DNA from: the human T2T-CHM13v2.0 reference genome, Homo sapiens
DNA length: 64,000 nucleotides
Assembly (NCBI RefSeq): GCF_009914755.1
Contig: NC_060929.1
Strand: one strand, 5' to 3'
Notes under the pieces: model-generated
The model's input: the letters and a program-made list of their open reading frames with translations, nothing else
Told to the model about the DNA's origin: nothing
The model's database searches: none
Translations under genes and position numbers: made by a program
Part shown: in pieces, positions 1-11,602 of the stretch
How the letters are laid out: each line of letters starts with the position of its first letter
How positions within the stretch are numbered: the stretch's first letter is position 1

Positions 1-1118
1 TGTCTAGAAATGTCAGGTAGGAGCTAAGGCCTGGAATGGGGGCTTCAGGACCCTGCTTGGTGCCCTATTCCACTGTGGCTGAGCTGGTAGCCAAGTTGCA
101 AGACAAAGTCTTCTTTGCTGTCCCTTCTCCTCTCCTTAAGCAGGGGGAAAGAGTCTTTCCAGGAACTGCGAGCTGTGCCGCCTGGGGTTGGGGGAGGGGT
201 TAAGCAAGCACTCTGTTGGCTGCTCTAGCTGTGTCTCACTAGGTCATGTGTACCCCAAGTACACTATCTCTGAGCCCAGAAGAGCACCAGGACTTGCAGT
301 CCTTGTGGCGTAAACTGCCTTTCAAGTTTACTTAGGATTCTTGATCACTTGGATCACTTAGGATTCTAGCCCATGGTAGTGAGGCTGGCTGGAACTCAGT
401 TCCCAAGCACTGGAACGGGTGATTTCCCTCTGCCTAGGGCTGGTCTAAATCCTCCCTCCATGGGCACCAGCTGTGTTCTGCCCTGTATTGCTTTCTGCTG
501 TAACAGGTGGTACTGAGTTCCAATGCAAAGCCCACAATCACTGCACTTCCCCTCTGTCAAGCACACAGATTCTCTCTCGGTGTTATACTGTGCAGCTGGG
601 AGATGGAGGAGGGATAGTTCAGGAGATTCAAGACTGTCTTTCCTACCCTCTTTAGCGTCTCTTTCCTTAATGTGATGTTAAAACCAAGTACTGTGATAAC
701 TCACATGCTTTTTGGTTCTTATAAAGGTGCTTTATGAGACAGGGCCTTGCTTTTTCACCAAGGCTGGAGTGTAGTGTCACAATCTCAGCTCACTATAACC
801 CCTGCCTCTGGGCTCAAGTGATTCTCCCACTTCAACATTCCAAGTAGTGGGGACTACGGGCATGCACCACTAAGCCTGGATGAATTTTTTATTATTTGTA
901 GAGATGGGTTTTTGCCATGTCGTTGCCCAGGCTGGTCTCAAACTCCTGGGCTCAAGCCATCCACCTGCCTTGGCCTCCCAAAGTGCCAGGATTACAGGTG
1001 GGAGCCACCACACATGGCATAAAGGTGCTTTCTTTTGTGGATAGTTCCATCTGGTGTTCCTGCAAGGGGTGGGGGATGATCACTGGAGGATTCTATTTGG
1101 CCCTCTTGCTTCACCTCT
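1..1118 (-). mobile_element. Old LINE-1 5'UTR (L1PB/L1MA-type), running off the left edge and split by an Alu
   Basis: The reverse complement begins AGAGGTGAAGCAAGAGGGCC (degenerate CAAGATGGC start) and continues ...GTGAGTTATCACAGTACTTGGTTTTAAC... GGGTAGGAAAGACAGTCTTGAAT. It is similar to the L1 5'UTR starting at 61270. Confidence 0.7.
734..1018 (-). mobile_element. AluJ-type SINE with almost no A-tail
   Basis: Dimeric Alu with AluJ-like CTCCTGGGCTCAAGC. The 13-bp TSD ATAAAGGTGCTTT occurs at 721-733 and 1019-1031. Confidence 0.9.
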
Positions 1119-2153
1119 AAATCTCCTAGCACAAATATGTATAGCCATTCACTTGAATCATTGAAGTTAACATATTTTTAAATTATATTCCCATTTTTTT
1201 CTTTCTCACCCCAGATTGCCTTTCTAAAACACGAATCTAATCATGTTCCTCTCTTCCTGATAAACAGCCATCAATGTTTCATATATATGTCTACAAGAAG
1301 TCTGTGTTCATAAACCACTTGGCATTCCTCAGCCTCAGTATGTGAACTGTGTAATACATATTTTCAAAAAACATCTTCTGCTTGTTTCTGTGACAAATTA
1401 GCTTACTGTTGATATACTGAATCAAGAACAGTTTATTTATAAGCTTCTTTTTATCTATTATTGAGCATTTAGGAAAAATCAAAACCTGAACTGAGAAAAA
1501 TCTTTTTAAGTGCTTGGCTGCCTCAGAAATGAGGACAGTATGAACAATTTGCAATAGAAATGGGAGGAGCCTATGTGAAGATATAGATTTCTAACATGTT
1601 ATATGTGATTAGAAAATATGGTCTGGTAGCATCATTAATCAAAGCTAAAAATTTACCTAACAGAACCCAGCAGCCCCAAACTCTAGCCATTTCCTCGCTG
1701 GTTTCCTATAAAAACACAAACAGTGTGAATTTGATTAACACCTATCCCTAATCTGTCTGTTCAGCCCTACCACCTGTTTTACAAATTATTATCAATCAGG
1801 GATTGGGATTGGTTTGTCTTCAGGAAAGGCAGAACCAAAAAAGTGGAGTTTTCTGGCCTAATTACTTGTTTTTTAAACAGGCACACCCACACATTTTGCC
1901 TACAAATTGTGACGCTTTGATATGCAGTAAAATTATTTTCACTCTGAAGTAATTTTAGATTGAGCCATTTATCACAGAACATCAAGGGTTGTCTTAAAAA
2001 GATAAAATGAATTGTGCCTCAATTGCCTAGTTAATTTCCTAAAAATGAAGGTTCCTTGTTTGTATTTACCGTGAGGATTACTCATGCAAACACTTAGTCT
2101 TCCTCACTGGGTGATTCTAAGCCCCTTAAGGTTAGGATTCCTGCCACACTAAA

Positions 2154-2154
<1 letters not shown>

Positions 2155-2190
<36 letters not shown>

Positions 2191-2198
2191 ACACACAC
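2155..2198. repeat. (CA)n microsatellite
   Basis: About 22 CA units with one CT interruption. Confidence 0.95.
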
Positions 2199-2404
2199 CA
2201 TCTAGCCCAATGTCATGGACTTAGTAAATACTCAGAATATCTGAGAAATTAATAATTCAAGTTCCCTACCTTGTCTTTTTCTTTAGCATGTGCTAGATAT
2301 TGTATACAATTCCAATGCCCGGTTAATTTTATCTTTCTGGCAATAGCTTGTTAGATTTGTGGAATTATAGAGTCCACAGGAAGCTTCAAGGTTTATTGGA
2401 TGCA

Positions 2405-2530
2405 CCTCTTTATTTCACAGATGAGAACACTGAGGTTATATGGAATTAAAAGATTGTCTAAAGTCATGCAACTAGGGAGTAGCAAATCTGGAACTAGTCT
2501 CATTCCTGAGTTCCAGTGATCTCTTCTCTG
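2405..2530 (-). mobile_element. MIR SINE fragment
   Basis: ACAGATGAGAACACTGAGG...AAGTCATGCAACTAG matches the reverse complement of the MIR core. Confidence 0.65.
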
Positions 2531-5016
2531 AATCACACGGAACTGTCTCCTATCAGAGCAATCTAATTGGAGGTTAAAATGCAACCCTATGAACCTTGCT
2601 ATATATCTGTTTATTTCCTAGGATACATCCTTTTTGCCTTTAAATGGAAAATATGAATATTTATCCAAGACATACATGGAACAATCTGAATATCCCCAAA
2701 GAATGTCATTCATTAAAAAACACCAACAACTTTTGGCATTATCACAATAAATGATGGAGAGAGAGAAAGTCCTTGGAATTTTTCTCAAGTTGATCAGTGC
2801 AATGATTTCTTAGCCAAATTTACTATCTTACATATAATTTGCATTAAATACAAAGACAGGAGTAAATAAAAATAATACATTGGCTTCATCTAGTCTTTCT
2901 GATACCTTGACAGAGAATTAACTTTGCCAGACTCTACGTGGAACAGAGATAAAGAAACCGGTTTTCATTTTCAAAGAGGTAACATGAGATTTGATTGTTC
3001 ATACTCTGTGAAGCACATAGGGACATTCATCACAGGCCACTAAAGAAAGAGCGATTTTTGCATTGCCACACCTTGAATGCATAATAGCAACTGAACATTA
3101 AACATTTCAGTGTTTAAGTAACTGATAAGCTCCTCCTACTCCCCAAAGTGTTTAACTGAGAAGATAGAAAAACAAAACAAAACATGTTTTCAACTATGGT
3201 TATAATAATTATAAAAATCAAAGACAAGCCTCCAGAGCCCCTTAAGCTGGATATCACAGACAAAGCAGACAGTCCTCTGATGAGCTATGATGTGATCTTT
3301 GTGCGGCTAAGCTTTAAGAGGAATGATGGAGTTCACAAGCTGGAAAAGTTTGCTGTGAAATTCCTCAACTTAGGGAGAGAGGAATGTCAACAGGAACAAT
3401 GAAGTCTCTAGGAAAACCAAGGAAATAATTTTCACTCCCAGATACGTTTCTTCTTTTGGAAATCCCAACAAACCTGAAGAGGGAGTTTCTTGTGGAATTC
3501 AGAAGAGGTGGTGATAGCAACAAGCAGGTACAACTAATGCACTGTAGGTGTTAAAAATCTACCATGCCGTACTTATGTATTGATTTGAAATCAATATAAT
3601 TGATTTAGTCAGCTCTCTAACCCAGTGAATTCAAGGCGATCAAAATAGCAAACGCAGATAGCTACACAAATGTGATCATTCTTATTTAAATAAGCTACAC
3701 TGGAAAATAAAAATAGCAGCAACTATAAAAATGAAAATAACGATAGCTAATATTTGCTGAGACTCTGTCTCAGTTGCTCCCTCTGGATTATATGTTGCAT
3801 TTAATCCTTACAATACCCCCTCTGAGATATATATTATCTGTCAAAACTCATGCTACTACCTTTTTCTGTTTGCATAAGCATTCTAAAGCACTCTCTTGGT
3901 AATCTTTTCCAAGGCATTAAGCATATTCTGCCTTGATTTCTGAGTTATGTGCTTGCTTATCTCTTTTTCCTCATTATAAACACCTTGAGAGCAGGAAGCA
4001 TAACAGCAAAATAACAGTGCTTGCTATTTAAGTGAGAATCAACAAATATTTACTGGATTGAACTGAATTAATTTGCATTGAAATGTAGATTGCAAATGTG
4101 CAGGAAAAATCCAAGTTACTTGGGAGTTAATTAGCAAGTCACTGCTCAAACTCCAGGTGTTTATATCAATTACTAGAACATGGATGTGGTTTTAAATTTA
4201 AGCCAATTTGCTCTTTCTACATTTCTATTCTACCATAATTTGAAAGTTTGTCAATATCATCAACTATTGCTATCCTGTTAAAGGATAGGATGACTAGAAA
4301 TCTGAGACTATCAGGGTATGAAATGAGGAGCAGACCCCAAAGCATATAATTCCATGTAGCCAGATATTGCTATGCAAGATTATTGATGCAGTAATTAATG
4401 CAAATATCGCAGGTCATGGGAAAAATTTATTATACTGAATTCATTAAAATGTTACTCTAACAAGCATTTTTGATGTTCTCTTTCTTATTTTTACTTTCAT
4501 TTTGTAGGTATTGTCCTGGATCATAGTTTTTAATGACTTTGTGTCATAAAATATAGTTTGCTTTGGACTGCATTGAAAAGGTGGATAATTAATTTGTTGG
4601 CAGAGAAACATACATAAGGAACAAACGTAACTTTCTCAGGAACTTAACTGAAGCATACTGCTGCGCAATGCTAAATATGCTGTACCCACAAGTCATTCTA
4701 GTCATTTTCTGTCACATACTGCAACAATATTCTGAAAAGATATTTACTATTACTTTTTTCTTATATAGTTTTAGATAAAGAGACCTGGATAGGAAGTGTT
4801 GATATTGTTATCCTAAGGTCAATAATTATATCATTTTTGGAGCTAATGTTGGAATTATGAACTTTTATTTTGTACATAACTACAGGTCATAGAACAATTT
4901 ACAGGAGTGTGAAACTTCTTGTAGCTACTTATATAATCTGTTTCCATTTTCTATTACCAACTATTTCTAATTTGGGAGAAAAATTATTCAGAAAATTACT
5001 ACTTAACTGGAAAATC

Positions 5017-6827
5017 TTTTTTTTTTTTTTTTTCTGGCAGAGCTACCTGAGGTTTTATTTTGGACAAAAAAATAAAGCAACTAAATTGTTTTGCAGCTGG
5101 AGAAATGGGCAAGGGGGGTCCCCAGGCAGTAAACTCCCTGGCAGGTGAGCTGAGGACTAGGGCTGACCCTCAGGTGGGTCCCCCGTTCCCTGTGCTACTC
5201 TGCACAACGGCCTCCCTCCCGGGCTCTGGGGCAGCCGCAGGAGCAGTAGTCTGGGAGGGGCTTCCGCACCTGTCACTTGGGCAGGACGTCAGGACGTCAG
5301 GACCTCAGAGGACTCAGACACCAGCTTCCCATCGCGGGTCTCAATCTTCCTCACAACCACGCCCCTCGTGGAGCCTGTGCAGCTGAAGGAGCTGAAGCCC
5401 GCGCCAGAGCCAAAGCTGGAGCCCAGGCGGTAGCTGCGGCTGGGAGTTGTGAGGCCCCCATAGGCTGAGCTCAGCCCACTTGCATTGCCGCTGGTGGTCT
5501 TCCTATGGATGAATACTCATGTTCTGCATCCCAGACTCCAGCCAGCTCTCCTCGCCCTCCAGCAGCTTCCTACAGGTGGCAATCTCAATGTCCAGGGCCA
5601 GCTTGACGTTCATCAGCTCCTGGTACTCACGCAGCTGCCGCGCTATGTCCTCCTGCTGGGCCGGCTGCGGGGCAGCCTCCAGCTCGGACAGCTTGCGGTT
5701 GGCATCCTTAACGGACAGCTCCCCACTCTGCTCGGCATCTGTGATGGTGGCCTCCAGGGAAACTTCTGGCCTTTGAGGCCCTCAATCTCAGCCTGAAGCT
5801 AGCTGATGTTCCGGTTCATCTCAGAGATCCGAGTCTTTGTGCGCTGTAGGTCACCCCCATGCTTCCCAGACAGCGTCTGCAGCTACTCATACTTGATCTG
5901 GTACATGCTGTCAGCCTCAGCCTGGCTGCGGTTGGCCATCTCCTCCTACTGCGCCTTTACCTCAGCCATGATGCTGTCCATGTCCGGGAGTGGCTGTTGT
6001 CCATGGACAGCACCACAGACGTGTCCAAGATCTGGGACTGCAGCTCCTGGATCTCCTCTTCATATAGCTGTCTAAGGAAGTTGATCTGGTCAGTCAGCCC
6101 TTCCACACGAGACTCCAGCTCTACCTTGTTCATGTAAGCTTCATCCACATCCTTCTTGATGAGGACAAATTCATTCTCCGTCTCTGTACGCTTATTGATC
6201 TCATCCTCGTACTTGTTCTTGAAGTCCTCCACCAGCCCCTGCATGTTGCCAAGCTCCGCTTCCAGCTTCAGCTTCTCCTGGCCCAGAGTCTCCAACTGCC
6301 TCCTAAGGTTGTTGATGTAGCTCTCGAACATGTTGTCCATGTTGCTCTGAGCCATCTTCTGCCGCTGCAGGAGGCTCCACTTGGTCTCCAGCATCTTGTT
6401 CTGCTGCTCCAGGAATCGTAACTTGTCTATGAAGGAGGCAAACTTGTTGTTGAGGGTCTTGATCTGCTCCTTCTCCTGGGTGCGCACGGCCTGGATGTTG
6501 GGGTCCACCTCCAGGTTAAGGGGACTCAGCAGGCTTTGGTTGAACGTGATGGCGGTGATGCCTCCCATGCCGCTGGCCCCACCATAGCCTCCACCCAGAC
6601 CACCCAGGAAGCTGCTGCTGCTGCCCACTCAGGAGAAGCTCAAGGAGCTGATGCGGGCACTGGGCCCACTTGTGTAGGAACAGCTGCTGAAGTCCTGGGA
6701 GCCAGAGGTGGACACCTTGTAGGACTTCTGGGTCACCCTGATGGACAAGGTGGAAGCAGGAGTGGAGGCAGGCGGGTGGGCTAAACCAGACGGAGATCCC
6801 AGAAAGAGCAGAGAAGCTGCTTCTTGG
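5017..6827 (-). pseudogene. KRT8: Keratin 8 processed pseudogene, essentially full-length mRNA copy
   Basis: Intronless KRT8 sequence: ORF 5957-6628 reads [31 protein letters not shown], and [18 protein letters not shown] lies further 3'. The 5'UTR, 3'UTR, AATAAA and a T17 tail (5017-5033) are present. TSD TGGAAAATC at 5008-5016 and 6828-6836. Lesions: start ATG>TTG (6746-6748), CGA>TGA (6629-6631), frameshifts near 5987 and 5763. Confidence 0.97.
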
Positions 6828-8235
6828 TGGAAAATCGTTTTATACTTTAGGATTTGTATTCCAAAGTATCAGTAGTTTTCAAAAATGTTAACTATGACCC
6901 ATGATAAGAGGTAATATTACAGCGTGGCCCACACAAAAACAAACATATATAAAACATGAATCAAAAGCTTTATTACATAGTACCTATCCTTGCCGTGCTC
7001 CACTAATTTTGACATTTTCTGTTAAACACTATTTTATTTCATTTTAAAAATGCTTATAACACTAAATTAATTTCACAACCATTAATAATCACAGCCTTCA
7101 AATTTTTTTAAATGTCATGAACATTAGAACGATTATATAAATTAGAAGTGAGCTTTCTTAAATATATCCTTTTCTCTAGAAATTCCTTACAGATTTCCAA
7201 AAACTGCCACTTAGCACCTCAGCTAAATGATTAGATTTGTGGTTATAGACATGAATACTTTGCCTGTAGAGGTGATATAAGTACTTCATCTTTTGGGTGT
7301 GTGGTATGTTAGTTTTCATTCAGAGCTGTAGACCCAGACAACTGTTAGGTATGGGCACAAATATTGATATTTTTTCCTCCACAGAGATGAGAGTTCTTGA
7401 GAAAAACAGTGAAGTGCAAGATAGAAATAAAAAGGAAGACTATGAGATGCAGCTGAATAAAGATAGAAGTAATAATTAATCTCTCCTTTCCTAGTTCCAG
7501 CAAATGGGATTATCTGGCCAGGTCAGTACCTATCTTGACAGAGAAAAGTGAAATTCTTTCTCAGACACCTGCTTGCAGTTTCAAAGCAGAAATTAACAAA
7601 CAACAAAATCACTGAACAAAACTATAAAGGAGAAATACTTTTATGCATTTTCTTAAAATTTTTGTCTATAAATTCAGAGGATAATAAATTATTTAAACTA
7701 TTTAAATTAATAATTGCCCCCATGTTGCTGACATTGTGTAAAGAAAGATTAATTGTAATATTTGTTGAATTAAATTTATTAATAATATCTGTCCAACTTA
7801 CTAAAAAATAATAAAAAATAATATTTTTTAATGAATGAATAAAAATCTTCTAAGTCAAAGATTTACAAGAAATGTTTAATATTACTTGGTCTTCTAAAGT
7901 AAGGTTATATTTGAAAATATGTAAAGTCCAGTTTCTCTAATGTATTTGTTTTTTAGTTCATTCATATTTACCATCTGCAATTATTAAATTATTCAAACAA
8001 TTTATTCATTCCAATGTCTTCTTGCTTCTATTTCATTCAATTCCTAATCACCAGATGAGACAGTATTCTGGAAAACCAATATTTATTTCATTATTCTTCT
8101 ACCTCATATATCCAGTGCCTTCTAGTTTATATCCAAGGCCCTAAAATTAGAAATAAAGGTTTCCCTAACCTGGATCTAGCCAATCTATCTCACCTAATTC
8201 CTTGCTTCACTGTATGTTCAATACTGTGGACAAAT

Positions 8236-10899
8236 GGAAGCCAATGATAATCCCGAAAGACACACCCACGAACACCATAAATCCAAATGTTGAACTCACA
8301 AAAGATCAAAATCCTGACACCATAACTCTACAAATAGTAATTTTAAAAATATTTAAAAGATATTTACATTTTTAAAAGGAGATTTATTTGAGAAACATAC
8401 AAAAACACAGCAGAACACTTCATAAGCCACTTTACCCAATAACAGGCAATAATAACACAAATTTCAAGTATGAATATTCAGGTATACTGATAGTCACACT
8501 GATACAACAGTTATGAGCAGATGAACTATATTCATAAAAAAATAGGTCAAAAGCGAAATGTATGAATACCTATCACTGTGGTTGGTAATAGCGTGTTTTA
8601 GGACTGCTGTCCTAAATACTGTGAGGGATGAACTAAGTCTTTTGACATGATTGATCGAAAACTGGAATGGGTCACCACTGTACCAATCACCCAAAGAGCC
8701 AAGATCTCAAAAAATTTTATCTTTCACAAACGCAGATGTACAAAAATTGTCTTCATTTACTGAGGAAATTCCAATATTTTTACATACGTGCTCCAATGCT
8801 TACACTCGAAGTCAATGTTGTGATAATGCACTTTCATGGAATCATATTTACAAAAAATGCATAAAACAAATTAGACATTTCTAGAAGTCTCTACATGATT
8901 TATACTTCCAGTATTGGAAATGATGCAAAGATAAAATACATATCACAGAGAATTGAAAAAGAAAAAAAATGCTGAGAGTGTAAAATACTGGGAAAAAAAC
9001 TGAAAAAAAGAAAAAACCAGATCTACAATGAACTCAAACAAATTTACAAGAAAAAAACAAACAACCCCATCAAAGAGTGGGCGAAGGACATGAACAGACA
9101 CTTCTCAAAAGAAGACATTTATGCAGCCAAAAAACACATGAAAAAATGCTCACCATCACCGGCCATCAGAGAAATGCAAATCAAAACCACAATGAGATAC
9201 CATCTCACACCAGTTAGAATGGCAATCATTCAAAAGTCAGGAAACAACAGGTGCTGGAGAGGATGTGGAGAAACAGGAACACTTTTACACTGTTGGTGGG
9301 ACTGTAAACTAGTTCAACCATTGTGGAAGTCAGTGTGGCGATTCCTCAGGGATCTAGAACTAGAAATACCATTTGACCCAGCCATCCCACTACTGGGTAT
9401 ATACACAAAGGACTATAAATCATGCTGCTATAAAGACACATGCACACATATGTTTATTGCAGCACTATTCACAATAGCAAAGACTTGGAACCACCCCAAA
9501 TGTCCATCAATGATAGACTGGATTAAGAAAATGTGGCACATATACACCATGGAATACTATGCAGCCATAAAAAATGATGAGTTCATGTCCTTTGTAGGGA
9601 CATGGGTGAAATTGGAAACCATCATTCTCAGTAAACTATCGCAAGAACAAAAAACCAAACACCGCATATTCTCACTCATAGGTGGGAATTGAACAATGAG
9701 ATCACACGGACACAGGAAGGGGAACATCACACTCTGGGGACTGTTGTGGGGTGGGGGGAGGGGGGAGGGACAGCATTGGGAGATATACCTAATGCTAGAT
9801 GACGAGTTAGTGGGCGCAGCACACCAGCATGGCACATGTATACGTATGTAACTAACCTGCACAATGTGCACATGTACCCTAAAACTTAAAGTATAATAAT
9901 AAATAAATAAATAAAAATAATCAAAGTGAAAACAAAAATAAAAAAAAAAAAGAAAAAAAAAAGAAAAAACCTCCAGAAAACTAAAAAGAAAATTTAGCAT
10001 TTGAAAAATTTGTATTACAAGGATAGATTATGGGCAATTGCACTGAGATGATAGTTCATAGGAGCTGGCTGATTTTCACAACATTAACAATATTTTGAAC
10101 CCTAGCATCACAATGAGCAGCTGATTTGTTTTCTTTCAGGACATGGCTTTTCTCAGACAGAATGTTCACCTTCACTTCCTGCATGGTGCTGGCTCTTTTT
10201 GAAATGCTTCTATGATTTGATATACACAGACATGAAGATTTTCTATTACATTTTCCCATCTTCTGTGCCATGCTTCTGTGTTGTTTTGCATACACAGAAA
10301 TCTATTCCACATGCACTTATATAAGACCACAAATTTGGCAGACACAATACTGGTGATCAAACAGCAACACCATTGCTTAAGTGTCTTTTTATCCTACCAT
10401 TCATATAATTATTTATGCATCAGTCAGCAACCTCACGAGCTTCTTCAGGCAGCTTCAATTCATTAGAAGCTCCTGGAATATCATCAGCTGAAGGAAATGC
10501 CAACGCAGGCAATGACGCATTTTTAAACTGAAGTTCTCATTGTTGCTGTAACATGTGGCCAATCCTCTCATCTGAATTTTCTGCCAAATGCATTGGCTGA
10601 ATGGAAAAAAAACAAACTTTATTGGTAACACCTTGAAATTCACTTTTAAAGCCTTGATTGCACCTAGTTCTAAATGTGTCATTATAGCTTGGGGATTCAA
10701 GTGAAATTCATTTTCTTCTGCAAAAAGACAGTAACAAGGTAATTGTTCTGCCTAACAATGCAACTATCCTGTGATTGTGATTTTCAGGATTTTAGATGTT
10801 AGCAATTTTAGACTTTAGGAATATTGATCTTTAGGAAATTTGATCTTTTGGGATCTTATGGCACTCAGAATTCTGTCTTTCAGGATTATGACCCAAACC
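8236..10899 (-). mobile_element. Ricksha-type MULE/MuDR DNA transposon (~1.7 kb without the nested L1) with transposase remnants
   Basis: Imperfect inverted termini: GG...ATAATCCCGAAAGACA at the left end and TGTCTTTCAGGATTATGACCCAAACC at the right, with repeated AAAGATCAA/TAAAGTCTAAAAT subterminal motifs. 9-bp TSD TGGACAAAT (8227-8235) / TGAACAAAT (10900-10908). The minus-strand peptides FSQCIWQKIQMRGL and QNNTEAWHRRWE resemble the MULE CxxH-adjacent region and catalytic-E region. Confidence 0.85.
9019..9955 (+). mobile_element. 5'-truncated young LINE-1 (L1PA2-like): ORF2 C-terminus, 3'UTR and A-tail
   Basis: ORF 9090-9692 is the L1 ORF2p C-terminus (CWRGCGE...HCWWDCK...IFSLIGGN). The 3'UTR has GATGAC-GAG-TTAGTGGG and CTTAAAGTAT, i.e. 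non-Ta states. 16-bp TSD AAAAAAAGAAAAAACC at 9003-9018 and 9956-9971. Confidence 0.95.
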
Positions 10900-11084
10900 T
10901 GAACAAATCTGTCCCTTTGAATATAGATGTATCTGTGTTTCTGCCTTAAGCAATATTCATCCCTCTTTCAAGAAAGTCTTCTCATTGTTTCAGCACCCAG
11001 CCAAATCCCACCCTTTACTTAAGGAGCAATTCAAGTCTTACCCAAACTCTCCTCAGGTCTTTCTATCCTGTGAGTAAAAATGGA

Positions 11085-11602
11085 GTTCATATTTTTGCAT
11101 AGCATATTATTCTATAACTTAGTGACTTTTAAAAAAACTATTAATCACACTTATTAGTATTTCTCTTTGTTTCTTGTATTAGGAATTTGGAAGAGGGTTG
11201 TCTGAGCAGTTCTGGCTCAATATCTCATGAGGCTGCAGTCAGATATGGGTCAGGACACAGTCATCTGAAGACCTGACTATGTGTGAAAGATATGCTTACT
11301 CACATGGATGGCAAATGTGGGCTTTTGGTGGGAGGTCTCAGTTACCCTCCCTGTGGGCCTTTCCATACAGCTGCTTGGTTTTCCTTAAGGCATGAAGTTT
11401 AGTTTCTCCCACAATAAAAAAAAACCAGGTGGAAGCTGCAATGCCTTTTATGTCCTAACCTCAGATATTATACACCATCGCTTCCACAGTATTCTACTGG
11501 TCACATGGGTCAGCACTAATTAATGTATATGGGCTCTACCCAAGGACGTGAATATCAGAAGCCAAGGACTGCTGGGAGGCCTTTGGGAGGCCAGATACCA
11601 CA
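11085..11602 (-). mobile_element. Old MaLR LTR (MLT1 family)
   Basis: TCTCATGAGGCTGCAGTCAG and CTACTGGTCACA motifs; ends in ...TACCACA (reverse complement of the TGTGGTA LTR start). Boundaries are approximate. Confidence 0.6.

Noticed and set aside
5060-6784. Several + strand ORFs of 60-108 aa over the KRT8 copy
   Set aside because: These are antisense shadows of a GC-rich coding sequence, with no independent evidence of coding.
9090-9692. 200-aa ORF as a host gene
   Set aside because: It is the C-terminus of L1 ORF2p in a 5'-truncated insertion with no promoter.
9737-9769. Strong G-quadruplex motif
   Set aside because: It is the standard G-rich tract of the L1PA 3'UTR and is not locus-specific.
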